The position numbers and the translations under genes are program-made. From assembly GCA_011605725.1 (NCBI GenBank), contig JAAOZP010000011.1:32001-96000 (forward strand): a stretch of 64,000 bases of DNA, read 5' to 3'. Shown piece after piece: positions 1 to 9,353 of the stretch; the stretch's first letter is position 1; each line of letters begins with the position of its first letter. The notes under the pieces were generated by a model. The model did not search any database and was not told the origin of the DNA. It worked only from the letters and a program-made list of their open reading frames with translations. This stretch comes from Nitrososphaerota archaeon (lineage in GTDB: Archaea; Thermoproteota; EX4484-205; JAAOZP01).

Positions 1-1
1 A

Positions 2-235
2 GCTCTTTATTCAATCGAACAATCTGGGGCTAAAGTTGTAGACGTAGATTTTAGCGACATAATAATTAAAGCTCTGAAGCTGGCTGGAGAGCTTAGGCTT
101 AGAACCCTGGATTTGTTTCACCCGGTAATCGGCGCTGAAATCCGTGCGGAAATTTTTGCAACATTTGATGAAAATATCATTAACAAGTCAGAAGACATCC
201 ATAGATTGCTGAAGGTCAGAATTGTCGGCAAGTAG
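2..235 (+). CDS. PIN-domain (VapC-like) protein, C-terminal part (truncated by window start)
   Basis: Manual translation in frame +2 gives ...ALKLAGELRLRTLDLFHPVIGAEIRAEIFATFDEN...K*. LRTLD-x-x-H and F-x-TFD are typical PIN-domain motifs. Not in the ORF track. Confidence 0.7.
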   Translation, partial: ALYSIEQSGAKVVDVDFSDIIIKALKLAGELRLRTLDLFHPVIGAEIRAEIFATFDENIINKSEDIHRLLKVRIVGK

Positions 236-334
236 CTTTTTAAACCCCTCAGGAAAAGCCAAAAGATTAGAACGATATTCGTTTTGAAGGACCCTAGAAA
301 GCTTAAAATCCTCCAGTTAAGATAGTATTCAGAG

Positions 335-2674
335 TTGAGGCTGAAGCTCTGGCTTCTAGATTTAAACGTGGATCTCTTTTCTGGCAGAGATGCTGTTTTC
401 CTCTGGGGTGTTTCAGACGCTGGAAGAAGAGTTTTACTTGTTGATGACGAGGTTGAAAACTTTTTCTTCCTAAAGCCTTCGAACAATGTTGACCCGGAAG
501 AGGCAGTTAAGGAGACCATTCCCGAGGGTAGGCGCTACGGTGTCACCAGGATGGAGGTCTGCTCCAAAAGGGTTCTCGGAAAGCCTGTCCAGGTGGTTAA
601 AGTATACGTGGACAGGTCTGAAAATGTTGAGAGGGCTGTTGGAAAGCTGGAGAAGCTTAAACTTTTCGAAAAAGCTTACGAAGGAGACATCAGGCTCTCG
701 ACAAGGTATCTTCTTGAGAAGAACATCACGCCGTCCTCCTGGCTTGAAGCAGAGGTTGAAAGAGACGAGTCCCTCCCATCACTACCCAATGTTGAAACCT
801 TCAGGGTTAAAACAGTTAAACCATTGGAGGATGAGAAGGTTCCTGAGCTCCGCGTGATGGCTGTGCATTTTCTTAAAGTGGGTGAAAAAGGGTCTCCTAA
901 GCCAGAGCATGATCCTATCGTTGCAATATCTACCTATGACGGGAAGATGTTGAGACAGTTTAAGTACGACGTGAAAACAGACAAGCATCTTATAGAGGAT
1001 TTTCTTAATCATGTTAAAGCTTTAGATCCAGATATTATAGTAGGGTACGGTATAACTGAGGACTGGAGTTATTTGGCAGAGAGGTGCAAGAGGGTTGATG
1101 TTCCGCTAGAGGTTGGACGAAACTATGCTAAGCCCCATACAAGCGTTTTCGGGCATGTCTCGGTAACAGGGAGGATTAACATGGATCTTTTCCATAATGC
1201 GCGTGAAAATCCGCAGTTGACGGAGTATACGTTGGACGAGTATGCTCAGTCGCTGGGTTTAAGCGTTGAATACAGAATTCCTGAGCATAAATACCCTGAG
1301 TATCTTAATTCTTCAGATGTGGACAGGCTTTTCAAACAATCAGAGGAATATGCGAAACTGGTATACAGGATTTGGATGATGCTGGGCGATTTTGCGATTC
1401 AGCTTTCCCAGATAACCGGCCTGCCGATGGACCATGTTTTCACAGCCTCCCCCGGCCACAGGGCTGAGGCATACTTGATCAGAGAAGCCTATTCTCTAGG
1501 GGAATTAATTCCTCAAAGGATTGAGAAACCGTATGTTCCTTATGTGGGGGGCCTAGTTTTACAGCCTCAGGAAGGGGTTTACGAGAATGTTAGCGTTATA
1601 GATTTCTCATCCATGTACCCTAACCTCATGTTGAAATATAATATTTCACCTGACACTTATGTTCCTGAGGGCGAGGAATGCAGGGATTGCTTCGTCTCAC
1701 CCGAGTCTAAGCACAGGTTTAGGAAGGACTATAGAGGAGTGTACGCAAGCATGCTTCAGAAACTCCTGGATGCTAGGAGGAGTGTGAGGAAGAGGCTTGA
1801 AAACGTTAAGGAGGGAAGTGTTGAGCACCGGGTTCTTGATGCTAGGCAGAAAGCCCTGAAGATACTTGCGAACACGCTTTACGGCTACGCCGGCTGGGTC
1901 GGTGCACGCTGGTATCTTAGGGAGGTTGCTGAATCCGTTGCAGAGTGGGGGAGGCATACGATTAGAATGGCAATTGAGAAAGCTAGGGAAATGGGGTTGA
2001 AGATAATATACGGGGATACTGACAGCATTTTTGTCACGGATGGTGAGAAGCTGAAGAATCTGGTAGGCTGGATTGAAAGCGAGCTTGGAATGGAGGCACG
2101 GGTTGATAAGAAATATAGTAGAATACTCTTTACTGAGGCGAAGAAAAGGTATGGCGGTCTTCTGGAGGATGATGGTCTCGAAGTTGTAGGCTTAGAGGTT
2201 GTCAGGGGGGACTGGGCGGAAATAGCTAAGGAGACTCAGCTGGGTGTTCTTAAAACAATGCTTGAAACACGGGATGTTAGCAAGGCAGTATCTTACGTGA
2301 GAAACATTATAGCGGAGGCGAGAAGCGGAAGGGTTGAGATGGAGAAGATGATCATATGGAAGAGGATGACTAAGCCTCCGGAGGCTTACGAGGTCAGGGC
2401 GCCCCATGTGTTGGCTGCGCTGGAGCTTTCCAAGAGAGGCTGGAGGATAGACGTGGGCGATAAGGTTGGCTACATTGTTACAAGAGGGTCTTCGAAAATA
2501 GGTGAGAGGGCCAGGCCCTACCAGCTGGTTGAGAAGAAGGATATCGACTATGAGTACTATGTTAGGAACCAGATAGTTCCGGCAGCAATGAGAATTTTAA
2601 AAGTTTTTGGAGTGGATGAGCAGACTCTGTTGCAGGAGCCTAAAAAGGGGCTTATGGCGTTCGGAACAGGCTGA
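335..2674 (+). CDS. polB: Family B DNA polymerase (archaeal PolB3-type); 3'-5' exonuclease motifs degenerate
   Basis: Polymerase motifs DFSSMYPN, KILANTLYGY, YGDTDS and KKRY are present, with the PolB3-like segment HTSVFGHVSVTGR. Confidence 0.95.
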   Translation: MRLKLWLLDLNVDLFSGRDAVFLWGVSDAGRRVLLVDDEVENFFFLKPSNNVDPEEAVKETIPEGRRYGVTRMEVCSKRVLGKPVQVVKVYVDRSENVERAVGKLEKLKLFEKAYEGDIRLSTRYLLEKNITPSSWLEAEVERDESLPSLPNVETFRVKTVKPLEDEKVPELRVMAVHFLKVGEKGSPKPEHDPIVAISTYDGKMLRQFKYDVKTDKHLIEDFLNHVKALDPDIIVGYGITEDWSYLAERCKRVDVPLEVGRNYAKPHTSVFGHVSVTGRINMDLFHNARENPQLTEYTLDEYAQSLGLSVEYRIPEHKYPEYLNSSDVDRLFKQSEEYAKLVYRIWMMLGDFAIQLSQITGLPMDHVFTASPGHRAEAYLIREAYSLGELIPQRIEKPYVPYVGGLVLQPQEGVYENVSVIDFSSMYPNLMLKYNISPDTYVPEGEECRDCFVSPESKHRFRKDYRGVYASMLQKLLDARRSVRKRLENVKEGSVEHRVLDARQKALKILANTLYGYAGWVGARWYLREVAESVAEWGRHTIRMAIEKAREMGLKIIYGDTDSIFVTDGEKLKNLVGWIESELGMEARVDKKYSRILFTEAKKRYGGLLEDDGLEVVGLEVVRGDWAEIAKETQLGVLKTMLETRDVSKAVSYVRNIIAEARSGRVEMEKMIIWKRMTKPPEAYEVRAPHVLAALELSKRGWRIDVGDKVGYIVTRGSSKIGERARPYQLVEKKDIDYEYYVRNQIVPAAMRILKVFGVDEQTLLQEPKKGLMAFGTG

Positions 2675-2678
2675 AAAA

Positions 2679-3158
2679 ATGCTTGGAAGGGGGTGTTTGC
2701 TCAGGGATGCTAGGGAGACTGATTTAGAGGCAGTAATGAGGATTGAGAAGGCTTCTTTTCCAAGGTACCCGTACCCCATGAGTGTTTTCACAATTCTGTT
2801 GAAGCAATACCCAAGATATTTCTTGGTGGCTGAATGCTCTGGGAGTGTTTCAGGGTATGTTTGCGGAAGTATTGCTGGGGAAAATCTTGGAAGAGTAGTG
2901 TCCATTGCTGTAGAGCCAAGGTTGAGGAGAAAAGGTGTGGGTAGAATGCTTATGCTTGGGCTTGAATCTAGGTTTAGGGCAGACGGTGTTAAAGCTATCC
3001 GTTTAGAAGTGGGTGTTGATAACGAGTCTGCGATCCGGCTCTACGAGTCTTTAGGCTACAGGCCTATGGGATTGCGAAGAAGATATTATCCGAACGGGTG
3101 TGACGCCCTCGTGATGGTTAAGCGTTTAGAGAGGGACGTGGCTGACAACACTACCTAG
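2679..3158 (+). CDS. rimI: RimI/Ard1-like protein N-alpha-acetyltransferase (GNAT)
   Basis: IEKASF, SIAV..RRKGVG, LEV..N..AIRLY and YYPNG.DA..M motifs. Start moved to the in-frame ATG at 2679, just after the polB stop. Confidence 0.85.
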   Translation: MLGRGCLLRDARETDLEAVMRIEKASFPRYPYPMSVFTILLKQYPRYFLVAECSGSVSGYVCGSIAGENLGRVVSIAVEPRLRRKGVGRMLMLGLESRFRADGVKAIRLEVGVDNESAIRLYESLGYRPMGLRRRYYPNGCDALVMVKRLERDVADNTT

Positions 3159-3193
3159 GTAAGGTTTATAATATTATTCTGCGGAGTTCAACT

Positions 3194-3592
3194 ATGGCAG
3201 GCAGGATTGTTAGGACATCAATCTCGCTGCCTAGGGATCTGATAAAGGAGCTGGACTACTTCGTGGATTCAATTGGTTCCGACAGGTCTAAGGTTTTCCA
3301 ACAGGCGATAAGGAATTTCTTAAGCATTCCACATAAGGAGGAAGATAGGGTTGCGGGCTTGTTGATGATAGTTTACAGTCACAGGATGCACGGGTTGGAG
3401 GAGGAGATAACGGATATTCAACACGGCTTCATAAACCTTATTGTTTCAGACATTCATATTCATCTTGATGAGGAAAAATGCATGTTAGCGATTTTCGTTA
3501 AGGGGATGTTCAAAGATGTTCAAAGCCTTATGAGGAAGATTGTTGGGAAGAGAGGAGTATTAATGATTAAGGAGTCGTTTGTTAAACTCTAG
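3194..3592 (+). CDS. nikR: NikR-family nickel-responsive regulator (RHH + ACT)
   Basis: N-terminal ribbon-helix-helix (RTSISLP...RS) and Ni ligands QH, HIH and C. TATA-like 'aggtttataat' upstream. Confidence 0.85.
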   Translation: MAGRIVRTSISLPRDLIKELDYFVDSIGSDRSKVFQQAIRNFLSIPHKEEDRVAGLLMIVYSHRMHGLEEEITDIQHGFINLIVSDIHIHLDEEKCMLAIFVKGMFKDVQSLMRKIVGKRGVLMIKESFVKL

Positions 3593-3600
3593 TTTTAAAC

Positions 3601-4593
3601 CTATTCTGGAAAAACCAGTATTCCCATGATGGATGAGAGGAATAAGGAGTAGAGCATCAGCAGGTAGAATCCTTCTCTCCAGCTGAGGCCTCCCCTGTGC
3701 ATGAGATACCACAGCAGTATGTTTGCGAGAATAGAAAATGTAACCAGGTCTGAGAAAACCTTGATGTTCAGCCTAACGGGGGAGAGTAAGAGTGTTATGC
3801 CCAATATGAGCGTAATGTTTGTGAAGCAGCTTCCTATGACGTCGCCAAAGGCAAGGCTAACGTGTTCCTTCAACATCGCCTGAATGTCAAGGGAGAGCTC
3901 TGGAAAACTGGTTCCCACCGCGATTATGGTGGCAGATATTACGTATGGCGACACTCCCATCAGGAGCGCTATCTTGACTGTTGAGTCGACGAGGAAGTCT
4001 GCGCTCACTACAACTCCAATTATGCCTAGGAAAGCCATGGCTGTGTAAACTATTAGACTCCTCTTTTTACTTTCTGCTTCAACAGGTTCTCCAGACTCTT
4101 CTAACTGTAATTCCCTTCTGGTGATTATCTTGTATGTTTGGTAAGCGTAGATGGATACGAGTAGCAGCCCGACGATCCGGCTTGCAGGAAGAAAGCTGAT
4201 TAAAAGAATAGGGATTATTGAGGCTGTGAAGATTCCAAGGTAAAGAGTGTCGAGTTCTTCGGGTTTAAACTTAATCACATTAAGCTTTTTCGACCTCCGT
4301 TTCAAAGTGTAGAGGATGAGTCCAAGTCCTATTATTAGGCAGATGTTTGCAATGTTAGAACCTAGAACATTGCCGATGGATACGGCTGCTTCTCCGGATG
4401 TCGCTGAGAACAAGGCTACTGCGAGCTCCGGAAGGCTGGTGGATGTCGCCACGAACGTGAAGCCTATTCGAGATTTTCCCAACCCTGTTGCTTCAGAGAG
4501 CTTCACAGCATTTTTAATTGCTATTTCGCTGCTTGCAAGCAGGGCTGCTAGAGAAATAACCATCGTTATCAATGGCTCTATAAGCTCATTCAT
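3601..4593 (-). CDS. Sodium:calcium (CaCA family) antiporter
   Basis: Alpha repeats TSLPE..GNVLGSN and GTSFPE..GDVIGS, about 10 TM segments. Start set to the ATG at 4593 from the TATA position (ORF track start 4611). Confidence 0.85.
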   Translation of the reverse strand: MNELIEPLITMVISLAALLASSEIAIKNAVKLSEATGLGKSRIGFTFVATSTSLPELAVALFSATSGEAAVSIGNVLGSNIANICLIIGLGLILYTLKRRSKKLNVIKFKPEELDTLYLGIFTASIIPILLISFLPASRIVGLLLVSIYAYQTYKIITRRELQLEESGEPVEAESKKRSLIVYTAMAFLGIIGVVVSADFLVDSTVKIALLMGVSPYVISATIIAVGTSFPELSLDIQAMLKEHVSLAFGDVIGSCFTNITLILGITLLLSPVRLNIKVFSDLVTFSILANILLWYLMHRGGLSWREGFYLLMLYSLFLSSIMGILVFPE

Positions 4594-4616
4594 AGGGTCG
4601 ATGTTCAACACATGCC

Positions 4617-4633
4617 TATAAAAAGTTTTCCAG
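4617..4633 (-). promoter_or_regulatory. Archaeal BRE-TATA promoter (CTGGAAAACTTTTTATA) of the antiporter gene
   Basis: Purine-rich BRE plus TTTTTATA about 25 nt upstream of ATG 4593. The same CTGGAAAACTTTTTA sequence occurs upstream of the GNAT gene at about 52045. Confidence 0.55.
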
Positions 4634-4653
4634 ATCCCTCAATTAACTTGGCC

Positions 4654-5652
4654 CTAATCCCAGAGGATTACTACTCCGAGCGCTCTCGTCCTGTCCTTTA
4701 AGAGCTGCTTGTAGATTTCCGGAGTATTCGCATAGGGCACCCTGTGAGTCACCAGTCTGGAAACATCCAGCTCCCTGCTGCGGAGCATGTCGAAGAAGAG
4801 CTCCACGTGCCTCCTCCTGCTCCACGGATTGTTCAGGGTTTCGACAGGCGGGTGTGAAGAGTTGTGCGCACCTATTATGGTGAAGCTTGGCGCGTTGCAA
4901 TAATCATGAAGATCTATATAAGTAGGTCCTCTTGGGCTGCTTAAGACGACGAATCTCCCGAGTTTTCTTAAGCATTTAAACTCCTCGACAATCAGGTTCT
5001 GGTTTCCAGTAACCTCAAAAACAATATCCGCCATCCTCCCCTTAGTCAGCTTCTCAACCTCTGAAGCAACATCCTGCTTCAACGGGTTTATCCTAACAAT
5101 ATTCTCAGGAAGGTATTCAAGCCTATTATCAGACACGTCGACGACGATAACCGGCATTGCGCCCGCCATCTTGCAAATCCTCGCTGTCAACTGGCCAAGT
5201 ATCCCGGCGCCGTAGATCACGACGGATTCTCCGAATGAAAGCTGGCTTCTCCTAACGCCGTTCATAACGATCTCCGCTATCGTGAAGAAGGATGCTTCCT
5301 CTTCGGAGACACCTTGGGGTACGAGCATAACATCCTTCTGAGAGGCTGAAACATACATGGCATGGGGGGAGTATGAGGCTACGGTTTTTCCTATTAGGCT
5401 CCTGTCAGCATCAGGACCCGTGTCGACAACCATGCCTATGTTGTCATATCCCGGGACAAACGGGTATTTCCCGTAGCCCGCCCAATACGACTGGGGAGGG
5501 AATTCTCCGCTTAAGATAGTAAGCTCGGTTCCTATGCTGATCAGGCTCCGCTTAGTTTTTATGAGAACCTCGTCTCCCTTGATGTCAGGCACCTCCTTGT
5601 CTTCGACGATAACGCTTTTAGGCTTCTGAAACACGACTGTCGGATTCTTCAA
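4654..5652 (-). CDS. MDR-superfamily (zinc-binding-type) dehydrogenase, probably sugar/polyol
   Basis: SLISIGTE, PGY, Rossmann GAGILG, D..FEVTG and L.THR motifs. The canonical C/GHE Zn ligands are absent. Likely TTG start at 5652 after a GGTGA Shine-Dalgarno. Confidence 0.8.
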   Translation of the reverse strand: MKNPTVVFQKPKSVIVEDKEVPDIKGDEVLIKTKRSLISIGTELTILSGEFPPQSYWAGYGKYPFVPGYDNIGMVVDTGPDADRSLIGKTVASYSPHAMYVSASQKDVMLVPQGVSEEEASFFTIAEIVMNGVRRSQLSFGESVVIYGAGILGQLTARICKMAGAMPVIVVDVSDNRLEYLPENIVRINPLKQDVASEVEKLTKGRMADIVFEVTGNQNLIVEEFKCLRKLGRFVVLSSPRGPTYIDLHDYCNAPSFTIIGAHNSSHPPVETLNNPWSRRRHVELFFDMLRSRELDVSRLVTHRVPYANTPEIYKQLLKDRTRALGVVILWD

Positions 5653-5749
5653 CCCTGTTTCACCACTCTTCTCTTGCAGATATCTTTTTCGCTCTACTTT
5701 GCGAAAAATACGGTGAAACCTTATAAACCTGTTATAGTGTCGCTTCCCC

Positions 5750-7273
5750 ATGGCTCGAACGCTAGACGAGATAATCCTGCCCGACGAGTTCAGAGATATT
5801 TACGACGAGGAAGACGGGTTGAAGAAGTTCAGGCTTTTCATAGGAGGGAAATGGGTTAAGCCTAGGAACGGGCGATACTTCAGTGTTAAATCGCCTTCAA
5901 CAAGGAGGGTTTTAGCGGAGGCGCCGCTGGGAAGCAGGGACGAGGCCCTGGAAGCCATTTCTGAAGCGGATTCATCGAGAAGCAGAATAAGGAATCTTGC
6001 AGCAATAGACAGGATAGAGATACTGGAGGCAGCGTCGAGACTAATAGCGAAGTACGAGGACTACTTGGTCAGCATCCTGGTGTCCGAGGCCGGTAAACCC
6101 CTAGTGTACGCGAAGGCTGAGGTTAATGCTGCTATGGAGAGGATGAGGCTCACGCTGGAGGAGGCTAGAAAGATCTATGGGGAATATATTCCGGGAGACT
6201 GGGTTAAAGACACTAAGAACAAGTTTGCAATAGTTTTAAGGGAGCCGGTGGGAATCGTCGCCGCCATCACGCCTTTCAACTATCCTCTTTTCTCCCCTAT
6301 TGCGAAGATTGCGCCTGCACTCGTCTCTGGGAACAGTGTTGTTCACAAGCCTGCTAGCGATACTCCGGTGACTGGGCTTTTTCTCGCTAAGATTCTGCAG
6401 GCCGCCGGGCTTCCCGACGGTGTTTTAAACGTTGTAACTGGGCCTGGGGGTGAGGTTGGAGATGTTTTTGTTTCAGACCCGAGGGTGAAGGCTGTGAGCT
6501 TCACTGGAAGCACCGAGATTGGTTCAAAGATCCCTGCTAAAGCAGGCTTGAAAAAGCTTCATCTAGAGCTAGGTGGAAAGGCTGCTGCAATAGTGCTTAA
6601 GGATGCAGACCTAGATTTGGCTGCGGAGAAGATTACGTTAGGGGTTGTGAAGAACTCCGGCCAGCGGTGCGACGCTATAAGCCGGGCTTTAGTAGTTAAA
6701 GAGGTTGCCGATGAGCTTGTTGGGAAACTGGAGGAGAGGTTTAGAAACATCAGGTTCGGCTATCCTTGGGAGGAGGGTGTTCAAGTAGGGCCGTTGATAA
6801 ACGAAAAGGCTTTGAACCATGTTGCAAGCCTTGTGGAAGACGCTGTCAGTAAGAGAGCCCTCCTGCTAGTGGGAGGGAAAAACCATGGTTTAATATATGA
6901 GCCGACTCTTCTCGACCACGTTCCGCTTGAAGCAAGGATTGCTTGGGAGGAAACGTTCGGCCCAGTCCTGCCTGTGATAAGGGTTAGAGACGAGTATGAG
7001 GCTGTAGAGGTCTCTAATAGGTCCAACCTCGGGTTGGACTCCGCGGTTTTCACGAACTCTCTATACAGCATGTGGAGAATTGCTAAGACTCTGCAAGTTG
7101 GCACGGTTAGTGTTAACGATGCTCCTGCACACGGTGTTGGAAACTTCCCGTTTGGAGGCGTGAAGGATTCAGGAATAGGGAGAGAGGGGCTTGGATACAG
7201 TATTGATGAACTGACGGTAATAAAAACGGTTTCCGTGAACATTGCACCATCCGGACTCTGGAAGGGAAGATAG
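5750..7273 (+). CDS. gapN: Non-phosphorylating glyceraldehyde-3-phosphate dehydrogenase (GAPN, ALDH family)
   Basis: PFNYP, FTGS, LELGGK, SGQRCDA (typical of archaeal GAPN), EETFGP and PFGGVKDSGIGREG motifs. Confidence 0.8.
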   Translation: MARTLDEIILPDEFRDIYDEEDGLKKFRLFIGGKWVKPRNGRYFSVKSPSTRRVLAEAPLGSRDEALEAISEADSSRSRIRNLAAIDRIEILEAASRLIAKYEDYLVSILVSEAGKPLVYAKAEVNAAMERMRLTLEEARKIYGEYIPGDWVKDTKNKFAIVLREPVGIVAAITPFNYPLFSPIAKIAPALVSGNSVVHKPASDTPVTGLFLAKILQAAGLPDGVLNVVTGPGGEVGDVFVSDPRVKAVSFTGSTEIGSKIPAKAGLKKLHLELGGKAAAIVLKDADLDLAAEKITLGVVKNSGQRCDAISRALVVKEVADELVGKLEERFRNIRFGYPWEEGVQVGPLINEKALNHVASLVEDAVSKRALLLVGGKNHGLIYEPTLLDHVPLEARIAWEETFGPVLPVIRVRDEYEAVEVSNRSNLGLDSAVFTNSLYSMWRIAKTLQVGTVSVNDAPAHGVGNFPFGGVKDSGIGREGLGYSIDELTVIKTVSVNIAPSGLWKGR

Positions 7274-7320
7274 CTCTAAAAAGCCTAAAAATTAATATTG
7301 TGAAGAATCATTTTAGAAGC

Positions 7321-8289
7321 ATGGTTTCAGAAGGGGTGAGAAAGATCCTTGGTCTGGTTTACGGGAGGGAGCTGCTATCCTATGATTTCGGTCCAAGACA
7401 TGTTATGAATTCAGCTAGGCTGGAATCTTTCTTCAAAGCCCTGGAGTCATCCGGGTTGGTTTCAGACAGCCGTGTTCTTTTACTTAAGCCTAGGATGGCA
7501 ACTTTTGAGGAGATAGCCCTATATCATGACGAGAGGTATATTGAATTCGTGAAGCAGATGTCTGTTGAGGGCAAGGGTCTGCTGGACCATGGTGATACTC
7601 CTGCTTTCCCAGGTGTTTTCGAAGCTGCTTCCCTCGTGGTTGGTTCAACGCTTGAAGCACTGGACGCGGTCATGAAAGGGGACGTTTTATACTCTATGAA
7701 CCCGATGGGGGGGTTACACCACGCTAGGCGCGGCAGGGCTGCCGGGTTCTGCGTTTTTAATGACGTGGGCGTTTTAATCGAGAAAGCCAGAAGAAAATAT
7801 GGTGTTAGAAAAATACTTTACGTTGACCTTGATGCTCACCATGGTGACGGAGTTATGTACGATTATTATTATGATCCGAACCTGTTCATCGTTGATTTTC
7901 ACGAGGACGGGAGGTATCTTTACCCGGGAACCGGTTTCGAGGGGGAGACTGGCGGCGGGGAGGCTGCGGGGACTAAGCTTAACCTTCCTTTAAAACCCTG
8001 GGCGACTGACCGGGATTTCGAGGATAAAATGGAGAATGCTAAACGGTTCATGTCTAAAACTTCCTTTGAATTGATGGTTTTTCAAGCGGGTGCTGACAGT
8101 ATCGCCGGCGATCCGATTACGCATTTGAAGCTAACCGCCCATGCCCATCTTCAAATTGTTTCATTCCTTAAAGAACTGTCTGGTAAATCAAACGTTTGCC
8201 CGCTGGTCGTGCTGGGCGGCGGAGGTTATAATCCGGCTAACACTGCAGAAGTCTGGCTTAAGATAGTTAACGCCCTGGTAAAACAGTAG
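7321..8289 (+). CDS. Zn-dependent histone deacetylase/AcuC-family deacetylase
   Basis: GGLHHA, GFC.FND, DLDAHHGDG, YPGTG, GADS...DP and GGGGY motifs. Confidence 0.9.
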   Translation: MVSEGVRKILGLVYGRELLSYDFGPRHVMNSARLESFFKALESSGLVSDSRVLLLKPRMATFEEIALYHDERYIEFVKQMSVEGKGLLDHGDTPAFPGVFEAASLVVGSTLEALDAVMKGDVLYSMNPMGGLHHARRGRAAGFCVFNDVGVLIEKARRKYGVRKILYVDLDAHHGDGVMYDYYYDPNLFIVDFHEDGRYLYPGTGFEGETGGGEAAGTKLNLPLKPWATDRDFEDKMENAKRFMSKTSFELMVFQAGADSIAGDPITHLKLTAHAHLQIVSFLKELSGKSNVCPLVVLGGGGYNPANTAEVWLKIVNALVKQ

Positions 8290-8351
8290 CGTGTTAAACA
8301 CTTTCCAGGGAAAATGAATTGTTAAATTCGTGGAGCAACCGGGATGGCTGA

Positions 8352-9257
8352 ATGAGGATCGCAATCTTAACGGAGCTTCTTGCAGTATTCCTCTGGGCTC
8401 TGGGAAACATATTCGTAGCATATTTAAGCATGTTCTTCGACAATTACACGCAGAATTTTTTCAGGTTTATTTCGGCCAGCATGGTACTGCTGTTTTTATC
8501 GCTGCTCTTAAAAAAGGAAGATTATTTAAACTCCTTAAGAAGACTGAACACGCTTTCAATCCCTATTGCAACCGTCTTCGCATTTCAGGTATTAATTGTT
8601 TACGGGATAGCTTTTACAACGCCAACAGTAGCAACGTTGGTAACACGACTCAGCATTGTCTTCGTCGACATACTTGCCTTCTATCTATTCCCAGAGGAGA
8701 AGACGATGTTTTCGAAAAAGGGTTTCATAATGGGCACTGTAATGTCTTTCATAGGGGTTTCAGGAGTTATCTTAACGGGTGCAGGTTTTTCTCCGCCTGG
8801 AGAAATGTTTATAGCGGGCGTCGTCTTCTTATTGTTAGCCTCAATACTCTGGGCTGTCTACACGGTTTCCATCAGGATTGTTCTCAGAGATTTAGACCCG
8901 CTTTCAGCAACAACCAACATATTCCTGTTCTCCGGAATAATGTACCTTCCCTTCTCAATTTTAACTGGAGGAGTATACATGGTTTTAAAAGCAGAGCCGG
9001 TTGTGAACCTGGTGCTAGTGGTCTCAGGAGTTCTCGCAATAGGCTTAGCCAACTTTCTCAACTATTATGCTATTCAGAAGTTGGGTGCATCTCTGCCCGC
9101 AAACCTTCAAATCCTCCTCCCGGTTTTCACTGGTGTAATGTCCGTCATAGTGTTTAATGAAGAAATGCATCCCGTTAAAATCTTCTTCTCAGCCTTAACC
9201 TTAATCGGATGCTGGATGCTGGTTAGAGCTTCAGAGCAACTTTTTTCAAGAAACTAA
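8352..9257 (+). CDS. DMT/EamA-family transporter
   Basis: About 10 TM segments in two EamA repeats (LWA...RF; LWAVY...). Confidence 0.85.
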   Translation: MRIAILTELLAVFLWALGNIFVAYLSMFFDNYTQNFFRFISASMVLLFLSLLLKKEDYLNSLRRLNTLSIPIATVFAFQVLIVYGIAFTTPTVATLVTRLSIVFVDILAFYLFPEEKTMFSKKGFIMGTVMSFIGVSGVILTGAGFSPPGEMFIAGVVFLLLASILWAVYTVSIRIVLRDLDPLSATTNIFLFSGIMYLPFSILTGGVYMVLKAEPVVNLVLVVSGVLAIGLANFLNYYAIQKLGASLPANLQILLPVFTGVMSVIVFNEEMHPVKIFFSALTLIGCWMLVRASEQLFSRN

Positions 9258-9353
9258 ATGCCCCCCCAAATCTATACATCTTGTCTAACCTCTTAACAGG
9301 CTAGGGTTGTTCAAATAGAAAGCTTTATCCATGGGATGTAACCAGGCTGATGC

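Noticed and set aside
8330-9157. 275-aa same-strand alternative-frame ORF
   Set aside because: It overlaps the EamA transporter, which has a clear family signature, and its composition is not protein-like.
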